This document shows positions 25,684 through 33,839 of a stretch of DNA of 33,839 bases, piece by piece. A program made the translations under genes and the position numbers. The notes below the pieces were generated by a model. That model searched no databases. It was not told the DNA's origin and was given only the letters and a program-made list of their open reading frames with translations. The number at the start of each line of letters is the position of its first letter. Position 1 is the stretch's first letter. The DNA is from Klebsiella phage ST15-OXA48phi14.1: the sequence record MK433578.1, one strand, 5' to 3'.

Positions 25684-26856
25684 ATGGCGCAAGACTATCA
25701 CCACGGTGTGCGTGTCGTTGAAGTTAACGACGGCACCCGCTCTATCACGACGGTGAGCACGGCGATTGTGGGCATGGTATGCACCGGCGATGATGCCGAT
25801 GCCTCTGTGTTCCCGCTCAATAAGCCGGTTCTGCTTACCGATGTACTGACCGCCAGCGGCAAAGCAGGCGAGTCCGGCACGCTGGCCCGCTCACTGGACG
25901 CCATCGCCGACCAGGCAAAACCCGTCACCGTTGTGGTGCGTGTTGCCCAGGGCGAAACGGAAGCGGAAACCACCTCCAATATTATCGGAGGTGTAACCGC
26001 TGACGGTAAGAAAACGGGCATCAAAGCGCTGCTTTCGGCGCAGTCGCAGCTGGGCGTGAAGCCGCGCATTCTTGGCGTGCCGGGCCATGACACGCAGGCT
26101 GTTTCCTCTGAACTGTTAAGCGTGGCGCAGAGCCTGCGCGGCTTTGCGTACCTGTCTGCCTACGGTTGTAAAACCGTGGAAGAAGCGATTGCCTACCGCG
26201 AAAATTTCAGTCAGCGAGAAGGGATGTTGATCTGGCCTGATTTCATCAACTTTGACACGGTGCTGCAGGCGGATGCGACCGCTTACGCCACTGCCCGCGC
26301 GCTGGGTCTGCGTGCAAAAATCGACGAGCAGACCGGCTGGCACAAAAACCTGTCTAACGTGGGCGTCAACGGCGTAACCGGCTTGTCTGCGGATGTGTTC
26401 TGGGATCTGCAGGACCCGGCAACCGATGCCGGACTGCTGAACCAGAACGACGTCACCACCTTGATCCGCAAGGATGGTTTCCGCTTCTGGGGTTCCCGCT
26501 GCCTCAGCGATGACCCGTTATTCCAGTTTGAAAACTACACCCGTACCGCGCAGGTACTGGCAGACACCATGGCGGAGGCGCATATGTGGGCGGTGGACAT
26601 GCCGCTTAACCCTTCGCTGGCTCGAGATATTATCGAAGGTATCCGCGCCAAAATGCGCAGCCTGGTAAATCAGGGCTACCTCATCGGCGGTGATTGCTGG
26701 ATTGATGACAGTGTGAACGACAAAGACACGCTGAAAGCCGGGAAACTCTGGATCGACTACGACTATACGCCAGTGCCGCCACTGGAAAACCTGATGCTGC
26801 GCCAGCGCATCACTGACCGTTACCTGGTGGATTTCACCACCCGCGTAAGTGCATAA
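25684..26856 (+). CDS. FI: Contractile tail sheath protein FI
   Basis: 390 aa. Follows the late promoter in the position and at the size of P2 FI. Confidence 0.85.
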   Translation: MAQDYHHGVRVVEVNDGTRSITTVSTAIVGMVCTGDDADASVFPLNKPVLLTDVLTASGKAGESGTLARSLDAIADQAKPVTVVVRVAQGETEAETTSNIIGGVTADGKKTGIKALLSAQSQLGVKPRILGVPGHDTQAVSSELLSVAQSLRGFAYLSAYGCKTVEEAIAYRENFSQREGMLIWPDFINFDTVLQADATAYATARALGLRAKIDEQTGWHKNLSNVGVNGVTGLSADVFWDLQDPATDAGLLNQNDVTTLIRKDGFRFWGSRCLSDDPLFQFENYTRTAQVLADTMAEAHMWAVDMPLNPSLARDIIEGIRAKMRSLVNQGYLIGGDCWIDDSVNDKDTLKAGKLWIDYDYTPVPPLENLMLRQRITDRYLVDFTTRVSA

Positions 26857-26865
26857 GGGGGACCC

Positions 26866-27381
26866 ATGGCCTTACCACGCAAGTTAAAACACCTGAATAT
26901 TTTTAACGCCGGTAACAACTGGATGGGCATTGCAGAATCCGTCACCCTCCCGAAATTCACCCGCAAGTTAGAAAACTACCGCGGCGGCGGGATGCCTGGT
27001 TCAGTCGGTATTGATCTGGGGCTGGATGATGGCGCGCTGGATACGGAAATGACCATCGGCGGTACTGAGGCGCTTCTGTTTAAACAGATGGGTAAAGCCA
27101 CGGTGGACGGCGTGCAGCTGCGCTTTACCGGGTCTATTCAGCGCGACGACACCGGCGAAGTGCAGGCCGTTGAGCTGGTCGTCCGTGGGCGCCACAAAGA
27201 GGTGGATTCCGGCGAGTGGAAAACCGGCGAGAGCAATTCCACCAAAGTCAGCAGCGTTAACTGTTACGCGAAGCTGACCATTAACGGTGAAGTGCTCTAT
27301 GAGGTCGATGCGATCAACATGATTGAAGTTGTTGATGGTGTTGACCTGATGGAAGAACACCGTAACGCCATTGGTCTGTAA
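26866..27381 (+). CDS. FII: Tail tube protein FII
   Basis: 171 aa immediately after FI, as in P2. Confidence 0.8.
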   Translation: MALPRKLKHLNIFNAGNNWMGIAESVTLPKFTRKLENYRGGGMPGSVGIDLGLDDGALDTEMTIGGTEALLFKQMGKATVDGVQLRFTGSIQRDDTGEVQAVELVVRGRHKEVDSGEWKTGESNSTKVSSVNCYAKLTINGEVLYEVDAINMIEVVDGVDLMEEHRNAIGL

Positions 27382-27433
27382 TTTTTTTCTGGCGCGCGAG
27401 GTCGCGCCAGCCAACCCATAACAGGAAAAGAGC

Positions 27434-27733
27434 ATGAGTGAGAAAACAGAAGCAACGGTGAAACTGGATAGCCCGATTAAGCGCGGTGATACCACGATTA
27501 CGGAAATTGTGCTGCGTAAGCCGCAATCCGGCGCGCTGCGCGGTACGCGACTGCAGGCGGTGATGGAGATGGACGTGGCCTCTATGATGACCGTGATCCC
27601 CCGCATCTCCACACCAACGCTGACCCCGCAGGAAATGGCGGACCTCGACCCGGCAGACCTGGCCGCGATGTCTGTCGAGGTGGTCCTTTTTTTGTTGCCG
27701 AAGTCGGCACTTTCCGATTTGCCGACAGCCTGA
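27434..27733 (+). CDS. E: Tail assembly chaperone E
   Basis: 99 aa. Similar to P2 gpE (MSEKTEATVKLDSPIKRGDTTITEIVLRKPQSGALRGTRL). Confidence 0.8.
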   Translation: MSEKTEATVKLDSPIKRGDTTITEIVLRKPQSGALRGTRLQAVMEMDVASMMTVIPRISTPTLTPQEMADLDPADLAAMSVEVVLFLLPKSALSDLPTA

Positions 27734-27867
27734 CGGTAGATGACCTGGTGGCGGATATCGCCACGATCTTTCACTGGCCGCCGTCCGTCACTGACGTTAT
27801 GCCGCTGACGGAAGTGCTGGAGTGGCGGCACAGAGCGATAATGCGTAGCGGGGCCAGCGATGAGTGA
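27434..27867 (+). CDS. E+E': E+E' tail assembly chaperone produced by programmed -1 ribosomal frameshift at the T TTT TTG slippery heptamer (27688..27694)
   Basis: A T7G run sits at 27687-27694 inside E. The -1 frame stays open from 27694 to a TGA at 27865-27867, giving a fusion of about 142 aa, the same size as P2 E+E'. It overlaps the T start as in P2. Confidence 0.75.
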
Positions 27868-30487
27868 TAAAAACCTGCGCCTGCAGGTGGTTCTGAATGC
27901 GGTTGATAAACTCACCCGCCCTTTAAAAAATGCGCTGGCTGGCTCGAAGGAGCTGGCCTCCGGCATCCGGCAGACCCGTGATCAGCTTAAACGGCTTAAC
28001 GACGCGGGGAGCCAGTTAAAATCTTTTGATCAACTCTCACAGAGTCTGAACCGGACCAGCAACGAGCTGGACCAGGCGCGGCTGCGTGCGCAGATGATGA
28101 CGCGCGAGCTGGCAGCGCTCGAATCCCCCACGAAAAAACAGACGCAGGCGCTTGAGGCGCAATGGCGCGCCGTATCACGCCTGGAACAAAAGCAGGGGCA
28201 GGAAACGCGGCAGATGGCTGCAGCCAGGGCGGAGCTGTACCGCCTTGGCATCTCTGCGGGCGGTGGCGCCCGTGAAACGGCCCGAATTACCCGCGAAACG
28301 GATCGCTATAACCAGCAGCTGGCAGAGCAGGAGCGGCGCTTGCGGGACGTGGGCGAGCGCCAGCGTAAGCTGAATGCGATCAGGGCCAAAGCTGACAAGA
28401 TGCGCGACGTGCGTAACAGCCTGGCGGGGAACGGTGCCGGGATGATGGCGGCCGGGGTGACAACGGGCGCAACTCTGCTGGCGCCTATTCGCGCCTACTC
28501 GGAATCAGAGAACGCCGCTAACCAGCTGGCAGGCTCAATGATGGGACCGGGCGGAAAGGTGGCGCCTGAGTTCCTGAAGCTGAACAAGCTGGCGATTGCC
28601 CTGGGGGACCGGTTGCCCGGTACCACGGCAGATTTTCAGAACATGATGACCATGTTACGCCGTCAGGGGATGTCAGCGCAGGTTATCCTGGGCGGGCTGG
28701 GTGAGTCGGCGGCTTACCTTGGCGTGCAGCTGCAAATGGCGCCGACGGAGGCGGCAGAGTTTGCCGCAAAATTGCAGGACGCCACGCAGACCACCGAAAA
28801 AGACATGATGAGCCTGATGGATCTTATCCAGCGTGGTTTTTATGCGGGCGTAGACCCCGGGAATATGCTGCAGGGTTTTTCAAAAATTAGTAGCGCGATG
28901 AGTATCCTAAATAAAAAAGGGATAGATGCAGCTAAAACCTTTGCCCCACTGCTGGTTATGGCCGACCAGGCAAGTATGGCCGGGGAGTCTGCTGGGAATG
29001 CGTATCGGAAAATATTCCAGGCTGCCCTGGATGCAAAGAAAATTAAAGCTGTTAATGATGATCTAAAAGGGACCGGCATTAAGTTTAATTTTTCTGATGG
29101 TAAGGGAGGATTTGGTGGGCTGGAAAATATGTATGTCCAGCTAAGTAAGCTGAGCAAACTTACTCCCGAGAGGCAGATGGCAACAAAAAAAGACCTGTTT
29201 GGCAATGATTCAGAAACGCTGCAGGCGTTGGATATCATGATCCAAAAAGGTATTGATGGTTATCGTGAAACAGTAGCGAAGCTGGAGAACCAGGCTACCC
29301 TGCGCGAGCGCGTCGATGCATCGCTTAATACCCTGGGCAACAAATGGGAAGCCGCTGGCGGCTCCTTTACCAACGCCATGGCGAGCATCGGTGAAACCGT
29401 CGCGCCGGTGCTGAAAAATATTGCGGACTGGCTGGGTAATCTGGCGTCCGCGCTGGATGGTTTTGTGAAGCGTCATCCGCAACTGACGGCGGCGCTATTT
29501 AAAATTGCGGCCGTGTTTGCCGTGGTAGCTACCGCAGCGGGTGTGGTGTCACTGGCCCTTGCATCCATTTTGGGACCTATGGCAATAGTGCGGGTAAGCG
29601 CTGGCATTCTCCAGCTTAAATTTGCTTCTGCGTTTGGTCTGGTCACAAGAGTAATTGGCGGCGCAGGCCAGGCGGTCATCTGGTTAGGCCGGTTGATGAT
29701 GGCTAACCCCATTCTGGCGATAGTTGGCCTGATTGCGATGGGAGCCATCTATATCTGGCAGAACTGGGAAACGCTGGGGCCGAAGTTTAAAGCACTGTGG
29801 GATGCCATCACGTCAGGGGTTTCAGTAGCCTGGGCTGTGATTAAGCAGACCATAAGCAGCAAATGGGATGAAATTCTGAGTGATGTTGCCGCGCTGCCCG
29901 CAAAATTTAAAGCGGTGGGCGGGGCGATCATTGACGGCATCCTGAGCGGTATCAATGAGAAATGGGAAACGCTTAAGAGCAAGCTGGCATCGGTCAAAAG
30001 CTACCTGCCGGACTGGATGACCGGCGGCGATAATTCGCAGGGCGCCTCACCGCAGAAAAAGACCCCAGGATTTTTCGCGGGGATGTATGACAGCGGTGGT
30101 TATATTCCACGTGGGCAGGTGGGTATTGCTGGCGAGAATGGCCCGGAGCTGATTAACGGTCCGGCCTATGTGACCAGCCGCAGGAGAACGGCCGCGCTGG
30201 CGTCCGTAGTCGCCGGAATGATGGGGGGAGCAATGCCAGCAGAGGCCGCCCCGCTTCATCCCATGAGTCTGCCGGCAGCTTCATACCGTCCTGTAACTGA
30301 TAAGCCAGCAGCCAGCCAGCCTGTATTCCAGTTTGAAACCCATGCGCAAATTATTATCCAGGCTCTGCCCGGTCAGAGTGCGCAGGATATTGCGCAGGAA
30401 GTTGCACGGCAGCTTGATGCGCGCGAGCGACGCATGAAGGCGAAGGCCCGCAGCAATTTCAGTGATCAAGGGGGGTACGATTCATGA
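27860..30487 (+). CDS. T: Tail tape measure protein T
   Basis: 875 aa. Coiled-coil-rich N-terminus and Gly/Ala-rich hydrophobic central segments. P2 gpT position. Confidence 0.85.
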   Translation: MSDKNLRLQVVLNAVDKLTRPLKNALAGSKELASGIRQTRDQLKRLNDAGSQLKSFDQLSQSLNRTSNELDQARLRAQMMTRELAALESPTKKQTQALEAQWRAVSRLEQKQGQETRQMAAARAELYRLGISAGGGARETARITRETDRYNQQLAEQERRLRDVGERQRKLNAIRAKADKMRDVRNSLAGNGAGMMAAGVTTGATLLAPIRAYSESENAANQLAGSMMGPGGKVAPEFLKLNKLAIALGDRLPGTTADFQNMMTMLRRQGMSAQVILGGLGESAAYLGVQLQMAPTEAAEFAAKLQDATQTTEKDMMSLMDLIQRGFYAGVDPGNMLQGFSKISSAMSILNKKGIDAAKTFAPLLVMADQASMAGESAGNAYRKIFQAALDAKKIKAVNDDLKGTGIKFNFSDGKGGFGGLENMYVQLSKLSKLTPERQMATKKDLFGNDSETLQALDIMIQKGIDGYRETVAKLENQATLRERVDASLNTLGNKWEAAGGSFTNAMASIGETVAPVLKNIADWLGNLASALDGFVKRHPQLTAALFKIAAVFAVVATAAGVVSLALASILGPMAIVRVSAGILQLKFASAFGLVTRVIGGAGQAVIWLGRLMMANPILAIVGLIAMGAIYIWQNWETLGPKFKALWDAITSGVSVAWAVIKQTISSKWDEILSDVAALPAKFKAVGGAIIDGILSGINEKWETLKSKLASVKSYLPDWMTGGDNSQGASPQKKTPGFFAGMYDSGGYIPRGQVGIAGENGPELINGPAYVTSRRRTAALASVVAGMMGGAMPAEAAPLHPMSLPAASYRPVTDKPAASQPVFQFETHAQIIIQALPGQSAQDIAQEVARQLDARERRMKAKARSNFSDQGGYDS

Positions 30488-30969
30488 TGATGGTCCTGGG
30501 CTTGTTTGTGTTTCAGTTACGCACGGTGCCTTATCAGCAACTGCAGTATCAGCGGAACTGGCGCCATGTGACCAACAACCGCGTTAATCGCCGTCCGACA
30601 ACGCAATTTTTGGGGCCAGATAACGATCAGCTGACGCTCTCCGGCGTCCTCATGCCGGAAGTGACCGGCGGCCGGTTGTCGGTGCTGGCGCTGGAGCTGA
30701 TGGCAGAGCAGGGGAAGGCGTGGCCGCTGATCGAGGGTGGTGGGACTATCTACGGCATGTATGTGATTGAGAGCCTTAACCAGACGAAAACGGAATTTTT
30801 CGCCAGTGGAGAAGCCAGGAAAATAGAGTTTTCGTTGGGGCTTAAACGGGTGGATGAGTCCCTGTCTGAAATGTTCGGCAGTCTGAGCGATCAGCTTAGC
30901 AGTCTGCAGGATTCTGCCGCCGCCGCAGTAGGGAACATCAGATCCACGGTAGGAGGGTTGCTGCAGTGA
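30484..30969 (+). CDS. U: Tail protein U
   Basis: 161 aa. Position and size of P2 gpU. Confidence 0.8.
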   Translation: MMMVLGLFVFQLRTVPYQQLQYQRNWRHVTNNRVNRRPTTQFLGPDNDQLTLSGVLMPEVTGGRLSVLALELMAEQGKAWPLIEGGGTIYGMYVIESLNQTKTEFFASGEARKIEFSLGLKRVDESLSEMFGSLSDQLSSLQDSAAAAVGNIRSTVGGLLQ

Positions 30970-32063
30970 GCGAGATGGCTGATTTACTCAACCTCGGAAG
31001 CAAGACCCCGGCCTTTCGGATCGTGATTGAAGGCAAAGATGTCACGCAGACGCTGGATAAACGTCTGCTGGGTATGACACTGACCGACAACCGCGGATTT
31101 GAAGCTGACCAGCTTGATCTGGAGCTGGACGACGCCGACGGCCTGGTAATTATGCCGCGTCGTGGCGCAGTGATTTCTTTGGCGCTGGGATGGAAAGGCG
31201 AGCCGCTGTACTCAAAAGGTAAGTTTACCGTTGACGAAATAGAGCATAGCGGCAGCCCGGACAGGCTGACAATCCGTGCCCGTAGTGCTGATTTCAGGGA
31301 AACGCTGAATGTCCGGCGTGAGAAGTCCTGGCACAAAACGACGGTGGGCGATGTGGTGAAAGACATTGCCGCACGGCACAACCTTAAAGTTGCTATAGGA
31401 AATGATGTTGCTGCGATGGCGCTGGATCACCTGGACCAGACCAACGAAAGCGACGCCAGCTTTTTAATGAAGCTGGCGCGGCAGTATGGCGCGATTGCCT
31501 CAGTCAAGGACGGTAATCTGCTATTTATCCGGCAGGGGCAGGGGAAAACAGCAAGTGGTAAACCGTTGCCGGTCATCACTATTACCCGTAAGGACGGAGA
31601 CAGTCACCGGTTTAGCCTGGCTGACAGGGGAGCATATACGGGTGTTATCGCTCACTGGCTGCATACCCGGGAACCGGAAAAGAAAGAAACTGCAAAGGTG
31701 AAGCGCCGCCGGAGGACGACAAAACCCAAAGAGCCGGAAGCAAAGCAGGGGGATTACCTGGTCGGAACGGATGAGAATGTGCTGGTTCTGAACCGTACCT
31801 ATGCGAACCGCAGTAATGCAGAACGGGCAGCCAAAATGAACTGGGAGCGGCTGCAGCGCGGCGTGGCGACATTTTCTCTCCAGCTGGCAGAAGGCCGCGC
31901 GGATCTGTATACAGAAATGCCCGTTAAGGTCAGCGGTTTTAAACAGCCCATTGATGATGCGGAATGGACCATCACAACGTTAACGCACACGGTCAACCCG
32001 GATAGCGGATTCACAACCAGCATCGAACTGGAAGTGAAAATAGATGATCTCAATATTGAATAA
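30966..32063 (+). CDS. D: Tail/late control protein D
   Basis: 365 aa. Position and size of P2 gpD. Confidence 0.8.
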   Translation: MSEMADLLNLGSKTPAFRIVIEGKDVTQTLDKRLLGMTLTDNRGFEADQLDLELDDADGLVIMPRRGAVISLALGWKGEPLYSKGKFTVDEIEHSGSPDRLTIRARSADFRETLNVRREKSWHKTTVGDVVKDIAARHNLKVAIGNDVAAMALDHLDQTNESDASFLMKLARQYGAIASVKDGNLLFIRQGQGKTASGKPLPVITITRKDGDSHRFSLADRGAYTGVIAHWLHTREPEKKETAKVKRRRRTTKPKEPEAKQGDYLVGTDENVLVLNRTYANRSNAERAAKMNWERLQRGVATFSLQLAEGRADLYTEMPVKVSGFKQPIDDAEWTITTLTHTVNPDSGFTTSIELEVKIDDLNIE

Positions 32064-32129
32064 TTGGTTCTCTATATTGATATTGTGTATTATTAACGCG
32101 ACTTCAGAGGCGGCGGCGGAGAAACGGAA

Positions 32130-32348
32130 ATGATGAATTGCCCAAAATGCGGACATGCGGCGCATACACGAAGTAGCTTTCGAGTAACAGACCAGACAAA
32201 AGAGCGGTATTGTCAGTGCCAGAACATCAATTGCGGTGCTACGTTTATTACTCACGAAACCGTGGTGAGGTTCATCATGACGCCAGGTGTAATTGATAAC
32301 GCCCCGCCGCATCCGGCAACAAGCGGGCAGGGGCATATGAATTTTTGA
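32130..32348 (+). CDS. ogr: Ogr/Delta-family late transcription activator (C4 zinc finger)
   Basis: MMNCPKCGHAAHTRSSFRVTDQTKERYCQCQNINCGATFITHETVVRFI parallels P2 Ogr (CPLCQHAAHARTSRYITDTTKERYHQCQNVNCSATFIT...). Confidence 0.9.
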   Translation: MMNCPKCGHAAHTRSSFRVTDQTKERYCQCQNINCGATFITHETVVRFIMTPGVIDNAPPHPATSGQGHMNF

Positions 32349-32375
32349 GCTTTTAACCTACAAATCGAAGAGGGT

Positions 32376-32753
32376 TTACGGAATAGGTTTGATAAAGCTT
32401 TGCCTGTAAGCCCGCGCTTCATCAAAAGTCATCTTGCCCGTGTTTTTACATTCAGCACCGCCAGCATCTATCTCAAAACCTTGATCAAGTGAGACGTTGA
32501 GTAACCTAATCTTCTTAAATGTTTCGGGTTTCCACTTATGCATTGATAGGTCAGTGCAAATGCCTTCAAACATTGCATCAGCTGCATCAGGGTGCAACTT
32601 CTGTTTGCTGTATTTGATCGAGAGTACTCCGCTTTCCAGGCTATGCGTCCTTGTGTCAAATACAGCAATTAAATTTTCTATCGAGTCCGGGATTTTGTCG
32701 GCGAAAACGTTACATGAAGCCAAGAGTAACAGCATCAAAAGAGATTTTTTCAT
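32376..32753 (-). CDS. Lipoprotein of unknown function (cargo gene between ogr and attR)
   Basis: Start at 32753 gives MKKSLLMLLLLASCNVFA: a signal peptide with lipobox LASC. AT-rich. The ORF-track start at 32771 lacks an RBS. Confidence 0.55.
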   Translation of the reverse strand: MKKSLLMLLLLASCNVFADKIPDSIENLIAVFDTRTHSLESGVLSIKYSKQKLHPDAADAMFEGICTDLSMHKWKPETFKKIRLLNVSLDQGFEIDAGGAECKNTGKMTFDEARAYRQSFIKPIP

Positions 32754-32807
32754 ATCAGTAGTCCTTTGCATGGTTAAATGTCTGCCGCCATTTTGCCGCC
32801 ACGATCC

Positions 32808-32839
32808 AAAAAAAAGGGGCTACGCTTTCACGTAACCCC
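32808..32839 (-). terminator. Intrinsic terminator of ssrA (phage-supplied side of attR)
   Basis: On the minus strand: GGGGTTACG...CGTAGCCCC hairpin (one mismatch) followed by eight U, immediately 3' of the tmRNA CCA end. Confidence 0.6.
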
Positions 32840-32849
32840 TTGTTTTATT

Positions 32850-33212
32850 TGGTGGAGCTGGCGGGAGTTGAACCCGCGTCCGAAATTCCTACATCCTCGG
32901 CACTACATGCTTAGTCAGTCTTTACATTCGCTTGCCAGCTGCGGACAGACACGCCACTAACAAACTAGCCTGATTAGATTTAACGCTTCAACCCCAGGCA
33001 GGGCATCCACGCGATCTCTTTTGGGTTTGACCTCTCTTTGATCCCCGTCTTAAGAGCGGAAGCTAGGGAGAGAGGGCTCAGAGCAGGTTATTAAGCTGCT
33101 AAAGCGTAGTTTTCGTCGTTTGCGACTATTTTTTGCGGCTTTTTACGAGGCCAACCGCCCCTCGGCATGCACCTTGGGTTTCGCAAATCCCGTCGAATCC
33201 AGAATCAGCCCC
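32850..33212 (-). ncRNA. ssrA: tmRNA (SsrA)
   Basis: The minus-strand sequence starts GGGGCTGATTCTGGATTCGACGGGATTTGCGAAACCCAAGGTGCATGCC and ends ...GGACGCGGGTTCAACTCCCGCCAGCTCCACCA, matching enterobacterial ssrA. The tag-reading-frame region is also recognisable. Confidence 0.9.
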
Positions 33213-33225
33213 AATGTGTAGGTCA

Positions 33226-33231
33226 AGTATA
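33226..33231 (-). promoter_or_regulatory. Candidate ssrA -10 hexamer TATACT (pre-tmRNA start about 7 nt upstream of the mature 5' end)
   Basis: TATACT on the minus strand, spaced to give a 7-nt leader ACACATT before the mature GGGG 5' end. Consistent with RNase P processing of pre-tmRNA. Confidence 0.35.
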
Positions 33232-33356
33232 ACAGATTTGTGAATGTCGTTACCAGCCCCATCACGCAGGATTATTTCAGCAGGGTGGACGAAAAAGCAG
33301 CATCAACAAGGATATAGCGTAAGGGCCAGCGAGAGCTGGCCCTCGGGGAGGGGAAA

Positions 33357-33839
33357 TTAACGTCCGGCGTGCTTCATAATACGCGCCTTATCCAGCGCCC
33401 ATTCACGATCTTTCAGGTCGGTACGCTTGTCGTGCTGTTTCTTACCTTTGGCGACGCCGATTTTCACTTTGCACCAGGCGTTCTTCCAGTACAGCGACAG
33501 GGCGACGACGGTGTAACCTTCGCGGTTAATGCGGCCGTACAGCGTGTCGAGTTCGCGCTGGTTGAGCAGCAGCTTACGGGTGCGCGTCGGGTCGCAGACA
33601 TAGTGGGTGGAAGCCACGGCCATGGGCGTAAAGTTGGCGCCGAACAGGAAGGCCTCGCCATCCTTCAGGATGACATAGCTATCGCCGATGTTGGCTTTGC
33701 CTGCACGCAGGGATTTGACCTCCCAGCCCTGCAGGGCGAGACCAGCCTCGTATTCATCTTCGATAAAGTATTCGTGACGGGCGCGTTTATTCAGCGCAAT
33801 GGTGGCTGATCCAGGTTTGTGGGCTTTTTTCTTAGTCAT
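33357..33839 (-). CDS. smpB: SsrA-binding protein SmpB
   Basis: 160-aa ORF ([47 protein letters not shown]...) typical of enterobacterial SmpB, immediately upstream of ssrA. Confidence 0.9.
   Translation of the reverse strand: MTKKKAHKPGSATIALNKRARHEYFIEDEYEAGLALQGWEVKSLRAGKANIGDSYVILKDGEAFLFGANFTPMAVASTHYVCDPTRTRKLLLNQRELDTLYGRINREGYTVVALSLYWKNAWCKVKIGVAKGKKQHDKRTDLKDREWALDKARIMKHAGR

Larger units (their letters stand above)
1..32849. mobile_element. P2-family (186/Fels-2-like) prophage, truncated at the left window edge; right junction abuts the reconstituted 3' end of ssrA
   Basis: Colinear P2 gene order: int, CI, apl, cII, A, then Q, P, O, N, M, L, X, lysis genes, R, S, V, W, J, I, H, FI, FII, E, T, U, D, ogr. 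Ogr-type TGT-N12-ACA late promoters and the E/E' frameshift are present. ssrA and smpB flank the right end. Confidence 0.85.

Noticed and set aside
27001-27966. 321-aa minus-strand ORF antisense to FII, E and the T start
   Set aside because: Overlaps three collinear conserved tail genes. Arg/Ser-rich antisense artefact.
33300-33356. Hairpin GGGCCAGCGAGAGCTGGCCC downstream of smpB as an intrinsic terminator
   Set aside because: The stem is good but it is not followed by a U-run on the minus strand. It may be a processing or stability element, or a weak terminator. Too uncertain to call.
1-33839. CRISPR arrays, IS elements, transposases, rRNA or tRNA genes
   Set aside because: No direct-repeat/spacer periodicity, no transposase-like ORFs or terminal inverted repeats, and no tRNA-like cloverleaf candidates apart from the tRNA-like end of tmRNA.

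Overview
Nearly the whole window is one P2-family prophage of the 186/Fels-2 type, integrated at the 3' end of the host tmRNA gene ssrA (minus strand, 32850..33212), with host smpB at the right edge. The left phage end and attL lie outside the window. Gene order follows the P2 family: int and a 186-like CI repressor (minus strand); an Apl/Cox-like regulator, 186-like CII and small early ORFs; a TraR/DksA zinc-finger protein; an orphan Dam methyltransferase; the rolling-circle initiator A; an SOS-type box with a small ORF and a DinI homolog; a cargo region; then the head, lysis, tail and late-control genes (portal Q through Ogr). TGT-N12-ACA Ogr/Delta activator sites sit in front of three late operons, and the E/E' programmed -1 frameshift site (T TTT TTG) is intact. 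Most interesting is the A-to-Q interval, the position where P2 carries tin/old and a known anti-phage hotspot. Here it holds visibly AT-rich cargo: a translationally coupled pair (72-aa soluble protein plus a 280-aa protein with three N-terminal transmembrane helices), an intrinsic terminator, a 186-like cos candidate, and a 477-aa protein with an N-terminal TIR/SEFIR-like domain and an unassigned C-terminal domain. I could not match either module to a named defense system from sequence alone, so they are candidate, possibly undescribed, defense modules. Other accessory features are an AT-rich extra tailspike-like gene inserted between I and a shortened tail-fiber H (no G chaperone gene; the G-FI hotspot is empty), a SAR-type endolysin with a small holin, an AT-rich lipoprotein gene between ogr and attR, and an AT-rich partial ORF downstream of int. 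No CRISPR arrays, IS elements or rRNA/tRNA genes were seen. All product calls are from reading the translations against remembered family sequences; no searches were run.
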